A stretch of 64,000 bases of DNA from Marsupella aquatica (Eukaryota; Plantae; Marchantiophyta), in contig OZ316894.1 of the NCBI GenBank assembly GCA_973895155.1, positions 22,043,867 to 22,107,866 on the forward strand, in the 5' to 3' direction. Shown piece after piece: positions 10,301 to 21,000 of this stretch; within the stretch, counting starts at the first letter, position 1, and every line of letters begins with the position of its first letter. A program made the translations under genes and the position numbers. Under the pieces are notes generated by a model that was not told the DNA's origin, searched no databases, and saw only the letters and a list, made by a program, of their open reading frames with translations.

Positions 10301-12516
10301 TCTTCAGGAATATACGTCAAATTGCGTGTTTTCGGGCCGTCATTTGACGATTTGACGTGCCCGACAAGGCGTCAAGGTGCCCGTCAGATTAAACCGGGAT
10401 TCCATCATTCAATAGAAGTACAAATACATTTATCTGTCACTAATACACTACACAAGATGTTTTATAGACAAGATCTAGCAACAAAGATCTAGTGCAAAGA
10501 GTACTTAATCATCACTTATCTTCAGAAAGTTCACTGCTTAATCACACATCAAAATGTGATAAGATACGGTGTGCACTCACTAACTTAAAGAAAATTAGTA
10601 CCTTTATCCTGGTATGGAGCTATGTAGTACACAGTATGCGCCATATTTTAATGTATAGTATTTTGGGGATATGTCATATCAGGCCCATCGTTTCACATAT
10701 CCCCGGAATCACATAGAGTACAAGGAATCACTTATCCATTTTGGAAACGATGGGCCTGTACGAGGGTGTAAGGTACGAGTTTAGGGTTTAGGAATCACAT
10801 AGAGTACGAGTACTACAGTATTTGACCTGACATCAGAATCACGCATTCCCCAAAGAACTCTGTTGCCTCTGAAACTGTCACATGTCAAATGTTGCCTTGA
10901 AACTATCACATGTCAATGGAGAAGTGCATGTTCAAATTGGAGAAGTGGACATTTCAGTTCTTTGAAAATGCACTTCTGTTAGGTCACATGTCAAATCAAC
11001 TTGGAGAAGTGGACACATTTCACTTCTTTAAAACTGCACTTCTATCATAATCTGAAGTTTTGGGGGTAAGTGTGCAATAATTTGGGGTCTCAAACTTCAA
11101 AATTTGGTGAACCCTAATTACTAAATTAAGGTTAGGGGACAATAAAAGCTATGGAATACCAGATTCATGATCTATAACTATTTCCCATATCCCATGAGTC
11201 AATGTAGAGGCTAGTGAAACCCTGCCAAAATGGTTGTTTGTTTTCATGTGAAAACCAGTCTGTAACTATGAAGCTTTGAGACCGACCCACTTGTAGGGCA
11301 TCTCAATCTTTGTGGGGTGGGGCGGTGGAACTTTGAGAGGGCTTGTAGCAAGTCCGCCTGCCGTGTGCAAAAAAGCCCCGGCAAAACTGTGTGGTCGGCA
11401 ACTCGGCGTACCACACATTTGAAGTCTGTAGCAAGTCAGCCTGCGGTGTGCCAAAAAATCCCAGGGCAAAAATTTGTGGTCAGCAACTTGGCGTACCAAA
11501 CATTTTAAGTCTGCTTCCCCACTCCAAAGTACCAAACATTTTAAGTCTGCTTCCCTACTCCAAAGCCTGGGAAAATGCCGACCTCAAAAGTTTGAGACCC
11601 CCTAATGTAAACGCTCCAAAGTACCAAACATTGGAAGTGTGCTTCCCTACTCCAACGTCTGGAAAAATGCCGATCTAAAAATAGTTTGAGACGCCCTAAT
11701 AATGTAAACGCTAGCACATTCCCGGAACTGCAGAATCGAAAGTTCGTGCCCTTAGGCTGTGGACAGTAAGGCCATCATCCTCGCCTGCCACGGCAATCCG
11801 CGCACCATAGTGACAGGAAGTCAATAGTCGAGTTAAATTATCGATTCCCATCCCCGTATCATTCTGAATGGTGAAGCAGACTGGTCATTCTGATTGGTTG
11901 GGATCGATACCTATGGACTGGCTAGCTTGTCGACCAAAACGCCATTCCCCACCTTCCGGGGACCTTCTGTAGCTAGGAGTGGTAAGAAAGTATCGACAGT
12001 CACATCCACTCCAAGACGTGTCACTCATTTGTCAGGAGTCTGTAACTTTTCAACTACTCAGACGATTTTTTTGCGTCTCATATTATTATATAAAGCGCCA
12101 AATAAAGGAATCATGATTGCCGTCGAGCAACATCAATGTTTACGCCGGGCTGCAGAGTGCTTGAATAGTCTTGTCACACAAGCAATCTGGGTATGTAATG
12201 ATCGTCGATCTCCACACCGTGAGGAGGCGGAAGGCTGTATGTGAATCTCGACGCACATAGTATTAAGCCTGGGATTTCTTCGTACGTAATTGATGTTCGG
12301 GAACAATCGATGAAGAGGAGACGATTCAAGATGACTCGTCAGGGTACTTGAGCTCGAAATATCGAGTGAGCAACTCTAAGTCTTGGTGAATTTTGTTTTT
12401 TTGCCTTGAAAGCCTTGGTGAATTCAATTCTCCAAGCTTAGGGCTTGCACTCAGGAGGAGCTGAAGAGGTGTACTCGGTTTGCCAGCACAGTCGTCGGTG
12501 GTGTGTTGCCTGAGGT

Positions 12517-15257
12517 ATGGAGCCGACAAGGAAAAGAAAGGGTCAATTGCTGATCAGTAATACAAAGATAAATGCCGGCAAGGAAACGGAAGATGTACCA
12601 GAAAAGAAAAATGGCCTGCCCATCACCGACCCGAATTGGGAGTGGTCCACTTATGATCAATATGTAGACAAGGAAGGGAGGGTGAAGTTGGAGAAACGGG
12701 AAGCAAAAGAAACCGAGGAGACCGAGACCGGTCCCTTCCGAGTTATCTACCGCAACCAAGCGAGTCTGCAATGGCCAGATGTGGTTCAAATCACTTTGTA
12801 TTCGAGACCCCTCTGCAGAATCATTGGGCAGTACCTCCCCAGAAATGGAGATCTGAAGACTCTGGCAGAACCGAATATCGAGGGCCGAGAGCTATGTGTG
12901 GTGCTGGATGCTCTGAAGAATCACAAATTCGACGAAAAGGGATCTGGGAAACCTGAATATGAAGGACTGGCTGATGGAAATGGTGCACCCGAGCATCAAG
13001 AGCTTGCGAATAGTAATGCTGCACTTGAGAGCCATGTCCTGACTAACGGAGATGCAACTGGTGCACTTGATGAAAGCACTCAAGACGACTGCAGCAAGGT
13101 TGGAAGTGAAGTCGAAGAAGGGGAACTTCATCTGAAACACTTACTGCGGTTCATGGAGAAGGAATACAGAGATGTACAAGTCCGAGTCCAACGCCTGCTA
13201 GCAGAACAACACGTTGCATGGGATATGCTCTGGGCATTCCTACCCTGTGGCAAGAAAGTCGTCTACAGTTGTGACCATTCTGAAGAGCTGCTGTACGCCG
13301 TCGTGTTTACGAATTCTTTCCAGCTGACCGTGAACGGATGGTTCTTCATCGTCGAGCTCGATATCTGGGAGTTTGACGGGCGAAATTACAAGAAGTGTCC
13401 CATTACAAGACGAATCCCTAAATATGAGGGTGAGCGCCCGTTTGCCAGCTTGCTGGTCTGCCCGGTCGAGCTACTTGGAACGCCTGAGCTCTTGGAGGAG
13501 AAATTCTTGGACACTGGCAAGAAATATTTCGATCTCGCCATAAAATCCAAGCACCGGTTTATGCACTACAATGGACCATTGTTTCAGAAAAGACTGAGCA
13601 GCGGGTGCTGGCTCCTACACAAGGAGAACGCCGACGGAAGGGTTATGATTGATCTGGCGAGCTTTGCAAAGATGAAACCTGACTATCCTATGGGGAATGC
13701 GCAGCCGCCAACAGCATCGAGAAGCTCTATAGTTCGTCACAGGAATGGTTCATATTTCTACAGCACAATTCCTGACGAATCTTTCAGTGGCTCTTATTCT
13801 TCGGCAAGATTGGAATCAGTGTCCGACGAGACTCTCATCTTCGCTCCCGGCATTGTTTACGGCTTCTCGTTCACCTTGAAGATGTGGGGCTCTTTCGCAA
13901 TCACTGGCTTTCGGGATATCTCGTTCGACTCATCTGCCTTCAACCAGCTTGTGATGGAACCTCAAATGAAAGACTTGGTGCATAACTTGGTGAGCCACTA
14001 CATTGCAACACCAGCGGATGGGTTGGTGCCCCTTCAGCGAGTAGACCCCATCTCCAACAAAGGCAGTGGATGTGTCTTTCTCTGCTACGGCCCACCTGGG
14101 ACAGGTCAGTTTTTGGACTATAGGAAGTATTTTCAAAACACAAATAGCAACTTGATTCTTCCCTCTACCTCATATTTATTAAATTGAATGATTTCATTTC
14201 CGTTCAGCATTTCACGATGATGATTTCCCTACAGAAAGTGATGAACCGTGACCACTAAGGTAACAACAGATTCAATTTTTAAATCAAAAGTTTTCGTGAC
14301 TTGAGAGGGTGACTGAGTGGAACGACCTGTTCCCAATAAGTGGAATTTAGAGCAACTATGTCACATTCATTTGCACCCATTTTGGCTGATAGATACCACT
14401 CTTTCCCTATTGACTAGCCAGTTGACTACAGTAGCCGCATCTTTTATCTAGCTTTAATACTAGCTCGGTGTCCATTGGGCTCTTTCCTTCTTTTTTCCCT
14501 ATGGCCCGCGCCATGGTATGTCACATTCATCCGTAATGTGGTATCACCCAGCCAAAATGGGTTTGGATGAGTAATACCACACGTCGTACTGACCACATTT
14601 TTTAATTACCATTGCTAACAACGGTGCACTTGCGGACCGTTTGTTGCAGGAAAGACTTTGACAGCGGAGTCCATAGCCGAGACTTTGGGTCGTCCACTGT
14701 GGGCTCTTAGTGTGAGTGAGCTTGGAACAACGCCCAACGAGCTCGAGCAGACGCTGTTCAAGGTTCTGGACATCGCAGCAGCCTGGCGGGCCGTGCTGCT
14801 GCTCGATGAAGCTGATGTCTATCTTGAGAGGCGCGTCTCAGGAGCAGACCTCACTCGAAACGCGATGACCGGTGTCTTCCTGCGCATGCTGGAGTACTAC
14901 CGCGGAGTGTTGTTCCTCACAACGAACCGCATTGGCACATTTGACGAAGCGTTCCGTTCCCGAATCTCCATGTTTGTGCACTACCCAAGCCTTAGTATTC
15001 AACACAAGGAGCAAATCTGGAAGGCTCTTCTCGGAAAGGCCCAACTAAAAGATGTGGTGGGCTCTGAGAAGCTATCGGAGTTGGCGGCTCTGGACTTGAA
15101 TGGCCGTGAGATCAGAAACGCCATTCACACAGCGCAAAGCTGGTCACAGAGCAAGGGAGAGGCCCTGCAGTTTGGGCATGTGGAATATGTAATCAACGTG
15201 CTGGTAGCCTCTCTCAAATCGCTCAATGAGGCAGTCCATGCACGAGCATATAATTAG
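12517..15257 (+). CDS. Fungal-type AAA+ ATPase (DUF7025-like N-terminal region + AAA domain), 2 exons 12517-14104 and 14650-15257, ~731 aa
   Basis: Splicing GT(14105)..AG(14649) rebuilds Walker A CYGPPGTG|KTLTAE. Also Walker B VLLLDEADVYLERR, FLRMLEYYRGVLFLTTNR, FDEAFRSRI and LNGREIRN, plus N-terminal WDMLWAFL, GRVMID and VYGFSFTLKMW motifs typical of the filamentous-fungal family. Confidence 0.9.
14367..14570. repeat. Small inverted-repeat (MITE-like) remnant in the ATPase intron
   Basis: 14367-14399 and 14538-14570 are imperfect ~33-bp inverted repeats sharing ACCCATTTTGGCTG and GATACCAC; no TSD identified. Confidence 0.4.
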
Positions 15258-15891
15258 CTACCTCTGCAATTAGCTGTCCCAATTAAGTGTCGGACCCGCT
15301 TGAAGGAACCTTTTGCCTAAGCACTAGCAGGTCTTGAGAAATTGTGCTGCTTCACCTACTAATAATTTAGAAACAGTGTCCTGGCGGTTTAGTTACCTGT
15401 CTTTAGACTACTTGCCAAGTGTCCACCGCCCACTCCATTTAGTGCACTCCGTCCTCCAATCTTCTTCTTACAACAAGATCTCTGACTAGAAGATTGAAGT
15501 AACACTAGAAGAAAACAGGGCCCTTTATGACCAATCACCCAATGACGGAGATGAATAAATGACCAAAATTTTTTATGACACAAAAAGAATGACAGGGGAA
15601 TGACTGTCCACAATGACCAATGGACTGAAATGACAAAATGTTAACTTTTGCGTCATTTTGTATAATGTCTGTAATGATTGATGTGACCAAAATGACCCAA
15701 TTTCCCTAAATGGTCAATTTAGACACATGTCTCAAATAACGCAATTAATAACAACAATGATAAATCAATGTTTAACAACATTATAGTCACTCTGGACAAT
15801 GATTGAAATGACCAAAAATCTATTTGAGTCATTTTGGACAACGGTGATAAATGACAAAAAATGTATTACCGTCATTTTAACCAACGGTGTT

Positions 15892-16330
15892 AAATGACAA
15901 AATATAGGGTCAATCTGAAAATGAGAATATATCAATGTTTACAACAACATATTGTCATTATGGACTTCTCCCATAAATGACTAACTCTAGGGTCAATCTT
16001 GAAATTAGGACATATCAGTGTTTACAAGAACATACCGTCATTATGGACTTCTCTCATAAATGACTAACTCTAGGGTCAATCTTGAAATTAGGACATATCA
16101 GTGTTTACAAGAACATACCGTCATTATGGACTTCTCTCATAAATGACTAACTCTAGAGTCAAACTTGAAATTATGATATATCGGTGTTTACAATAATATA
16201 CTGTCATTATGGACTTGTTGCATAAATGACTAAATATAGGGTCAATCTAAAAATCATGATATATCAATATTTACAATAACATATAGTCATTATGGACTTA
16301 TTGCATAAATGACTACTTATAGAGTCATTA
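15892..16330. repeat. 83-bp tandem repeat (~5 copies) in the CACTA left subterminal region
   Basis: AAATGAC recurs at 15892, 15975, 16058, 16141, 16224 and 16307; each unit has an inverted GTCATT...AAATGAC pair. Confidence 0.9.
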
Positions 16331-16409
16331 AAGAACCCAAGAGATATGAAGATTAAAATACTCAATAGTCATTCCAGACACCGGTCATAATTGTAGAGTC
16401 ATTGATATA

Positions 16410-19400
16410 GTTGATAACCCTTCCACTAAGTGCGGGACACAATACTCATCATTGTCCTCCCACTGGTTGGGGCATTAGCAATTTGAACACATGTCTTGCA
16501 TTTACTTTAGGCATGATGCACCTAGCTTTGGGGAAATCACTCCCAAGTCATACACCTTTGGAGTGATTTTCCATAAGTGTCACCATATATAGATGCGCGC
16601 ATACTACCGTATCCAAAGGCAAATGAAACCTTTTTGTCTCTCCAAGAAGTAGGGCAATACCAATGGAAGGTTGTCATCCTTTGTTGTAATTGTGTCATGT
16701 TTGTGCCGGTGTTTGGATGGGGAATATTTTAATTTGCAAATAAATAGTGATGGGGCATTCAAGGAGCTTGTGTAATCTTTATTGGGTCATTTCTAAAAAC
16801 ATTTGCATTACAAATACCAATGACTACAAGTAGGGTCATTAAATTTGTCATATGGACGGTCATATAAGTCAAGTGACTGGACTTGTGGTTATTTGTGTGG
16901 TCCCTCATGCAATCATTAAACACAAGCACAAATGACCAGTTTGGGGCTGGGGGCTTGAGGTGGGCCCTAGAGTGCCATGGGGCCCCACATAGAGGTGAGA
17001 ACCCCTCCACTAGGTGCGGGACACTATACTCATCATTGTCCAACCACTAGTTGCGACATAAACACTTTGGACACATGTTTTTGCGCTTACTTCAGGCATG
17101 ATGCACCTTTGGGGAAATCACTCCCAAGTCGTATGACTTCGGAGTGATTTGCCAAAAGTGTCACCATGTATGCATACCATCACATCCAAAGGCAAATAAA
17201 AGTTGTTTTTTGGTTCTCCAAGAGGTAGTGCTACACCAATGGAATGGGCAGGGGAGTCGTGTTTCTCAGTATGGTGTGGGTGCGGGATTAGGGTATAGGA
17301 ATATTCCAATCTTGCAAGGAATCTAAAGCTGGCTCTAGTTGGAGGTACTAGGGCCTTTATTGGGTCATATGTGAGCAATGGTCCGTCATAAATGCCAATG
17401 ACTAAAAGTAGGGTCATTAAAACTGTCATATGGAGAGTCATATCAGTCTAATGATTGGATTTGTGGTCATTTGAGGGGTCCCTCATGTAGTCATTAAGGA
17501 AAAGCACAAATGACCAGTTTGGGGCTAGGGGCTTGAGGTGGGCCCTAGAGTGCCATGGGGCCCCACATAGAGGTGAACCCCTCCACTAGGTGCGGGACAC
17601 TATACTCATCATTGTCCAACCACTAGTTGTGACATAAACACTTTGGACACGTGTTTTTGCGTTTACTTGAGGCATGATGCACCTTTGGGGAAATCACTCC
17701 CAAGTCGTGCCAAAAGTTCAACCATGGATGTATACCATCACATCCAAAGGCAAATAAAACATATTTTTGGTTCTCCAAGAGGTAGTGCTGCACCAATGGA
17801 ATGGGCAGGGGAGTCCTGCTTCTCTGCATGGTGTGGGTGTGGGATTAGGGTATAGGAATATTCCAACCTTGCAAGGAATCTAAAGCTGGCTCTCTTTGGA
17901 GGTACTAGGGCCTTTATTGGGTCATATGTGAGCAATGGCCCGTCATAAATGCCAATGACTAAAAGTAGGGTCATTAAAAATGTCATATGGAGAGTCATAT
18001 CAGTCAAATGACTGGATATGTGGTCATTTTAGGGGTCCCTCATGCAGTCATTAAGGAAAAGCACAAATGACCAGTTTGGGGCTAGGGGCTTGAGGTGGGC
18101 CCTAGAGTGCCATGGGGCCCCACATAGAGGTGAGAACCCCTCCACTGGGTGCGGGACACTATATTCATCATTGTCCAACCACTAGTTGCGACATAAACAC
18201 TTTGGACACATGTTTTTGCATTTACTTGAGGCATGATGCACCTTTGGGGAAATTACTCCCAAGTCGTACGACTTTGGAGTGATTTGCCAAAAGTGCAACC
18301 ATGGATGTATACCATCACATCCAAAGGCAAATAAAACCTATTTTTTGGTTCTCCAAGAGGTAGTGTTGCACCAATGGAATGGGCAGGGGAGTGGTGCTTC
18401 TCCGCATGGTGTGGGTGCGGGATTAGGGTATAGGAATATTCCAACCTTGCAAGGAATCTAAAGCTGGCTCTCTTTGGAGGTACTAGGGCCTTGATTGGGT
18501 CATATGTGAGCAATTGCCCGTCATAAATGCCAATTACTACAACAAAGGTCATTAAAATGGTCACATTGGATGTCATATAAGCGGAATGACCTGAATTATT
18601 GTCATTTAAGGGGTCCCTCATGCAGTCATTAAGGAAAAGCACAAATGACCATTTTGGGGCTAGGGGTTGGAGGTGGGCCCTAGAGTGCCATGGGGCCCCA
18701 CATAGAGGTGAGAACCCCTCCACTAGGTGCGGGACACTATACTCATCATTGTCCAACCACTAGTTGCGACATAAACACTTTGGACACATGTTTTTGTGTT
18801 TACTTAAGGCATGATGCACCTTTGGGGTTTAGGGTTGTTTTGTGGTTCTCCAAGAGGTGGTGCTGCACCAATGGAATGGGCAGGGGAGTCGTGCTTCCCT
18901 GTATCGTGTGGGTGCGGGTTTAGGAAAGAGGAATATTCCAACCTTGCAAGGAATCTATTGGGGGCTCTCTTTGGAGGTACTAGGCCCGGTACTAGGGCCT
19001 TCATTGGGTCATTTGTGAACAATGACATGATGTCATAAATACCAATGATTACAAATAGGGTTGACCATTGAAACCGTCATATGGAATGTCATATAAGTCA
19101 AATGACGGGATTTGTTGTTATTTGAGGGGGTCCTTTGTGGAGTCATTGAAGACAAACATAAATGACCAGTTTGAGGCTAGGTGCTGGAGGTGGGCCCTAG
19201 AGTGCCATGTGGCCCCACATGGGGCTGGAAACCCCTCTACTAGGTGCGGGATATTATATTTACTATTCTTCAACCATTAGTTGCACCATAATTAATGTTG
19301 AATCATATTTTTGCATTTACCTAAGGCATGATGAAACTTTGAGGAAATCACTCCCAAGTCATACGGCTTTGGAGTGATTTGCCAAAAGTCTCACCATGTG

Positions 19401-21000
19401 AAATAATAGTTGTTTTCTTGTTCTCCAAGAGGTAGGGCAAAACTAGGGGAAGGTTGTTGTCCTTCTATTTAACTGTGTCATATCTATGCCAGTGTTTGGG
19501 TGGGGAATATTCTATTCCATTGCAAAGGAAATGCGAGGGGGCACTCCAACAGGTAGTGTAATCTTCACTAGGTCATATTCGAGTAATGGTGTTCATTAAA
19601 GCCAATGACAATAGTAAGGGTCATTTTGGCAGTCATATTGCAGGTCATTTGGACCAAATGACTGCATATGTGGTCATTATAGAGGTCCCTCATAGTGTCA
19701 TTATGGACCAACATAAATGACCAGTTTGGTGCTAAGGATTGGAAGTGGGCCCTAGACTGCCATGGGGCCTTGCATGAAGGTGGCAACCTCTCCACTAGGT
19801 GCGGGACACTATAATCATCATTGTCCAACCACTAGTTGTGCCATGAACACTTTGGAGCCATCTTTTTGCGTTTACTTAAAGCATGATAGAACCTTGGGGA
19901 AATCACTCCCAAGTCATACAGATTTGGAGTGATTTGCCAAAAGTGTCACCGTGGTTGAATACCATCATTATCAATGGCAAATTGAGCCTTTTGTTTTGTC
20001 TCTCCAAGAAGTAAAGCAATGTCACCAATCAATGGAAGGTTGTTGTCCTTCTATGTAAGTGTGTGATTTTTGTGTTGATGTTTTGATGGGGATACTCCAT
20101 TTTGCATATGAATAGTGTCGGGGCATTGTGAGTAGGTGTTGTAATCTTCATTGGGTTATTTTGGAGTAATGTTGTGTCATTAGTGCCAATGACTACACTA
20201 AGGGTCATTTTGGGAGTCATTTTGGATGTCATTTGTACAAAATGACTGCATATGAGGTCATTAGACAGGTCCCTCATGATGTCATTATGTACCAGTAGAA
20301 ATGACCCTTTTAGGTCTAGGAACTTTGGGTGGGCCCCAATGTGCCATGAGGCCCGCCATGGGGCCCTACATGAAGGTGGTAACCCCTCCACTAGGTGCGG
20401 GACACTATACTCATCATTGTCCAACCACTAGTTGTTAGTTACATGAACATTTTGGACACATGTTTTCATGTTTACTTAAGGCATGATGCAACCTTGGGGA
20501 AATCATTCCCAAGTCGTACAACTTTGAGGTGATTTGCCAAAAGTGTCACCAAGGATTAATACCATCATTTGCAAAGGTAAATCAAGCCATTTGTTTTCTC
20601 TCTCCAAGAGGTAGCGCAACACCAATGGAAGGTTGTGGTCCTTCTATTTAACTATGTCATGTTTGTGATGGTGTTTGGATGGGGGATATGATATTTTGGG
20701 GATATTTTGCAAATAAATTGTGACGGGGCACTCTAGGAGGTAGTGTAATCTTTATTAGGTCATTTTGGAACAAAGTTGTGTCATAAATGCCAATGACTAC
20801 AAATAGGGTCATTGAAACGGTCATATAGGATGTCATATAGGTCAAATGACCAGACTTGTGGTCATTACATTGGTCCCTTGTGGAGTCATAAATGTGGTAC
20901 TACATAGAGCTGGGAACCTGCCTCCGGGTGCAGTACACTCTACTGTATACTATTCTCCATCCATTAGTTGTGGCATAAACCTGCACTTTGGGATATGGGG
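16410..21000. repeat. ~520-600-bp tandem array (~8 copies) inside the CACTA element
   Basis: Anchor CCACTAGGTGCGGGACAC at 16423, 17007, 17583, 18142, 18720, 19237, 19792 and 20388, degenerate near 20920; central copies are the most similar. Confidence 0.92.

Larger units (their letters stand above)
1..10398 (-). mobile_element. Large hAT-superfamily DNA transposon, right portion (left end probably upstream of window), with apparent cargo genes
   Basis: hAT transposase at 6228-9112; GC-rich subterminal repeats at 9760-10300; TGACG/CGTCA-rich candidate terminus ending ...CCGTCAGATTAAACCGGG at ~10398, followed by an abrupt switch to AT-rich DNA; motif shared between the kinase and transposase upstream regions. 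No partner TIR or TSD is visible, so the extent is inferred. Confidence 0.6.

Noticed and set aside
9658-10492. Gly/Pro/Arg-rich ORFs on both strands
   Set aside because: Artefacts of the GC-rich subterminal repeats.
11084-11700. 14-bp inverted repeat (GGGGTCTCAAACTT at 11084/11588) and short direct repeats
   Set aside because: Probably a decayed repeat; no TSD or defined ends.
16759-20424. Repeated MDNDEYSVPHLVEG ORFs; CRISPR-like appearance of the array
   Set aside because: These are translations of the tandem unit with inconsistent frames. Whole units repeat, with no unique spacers and no cas genes.
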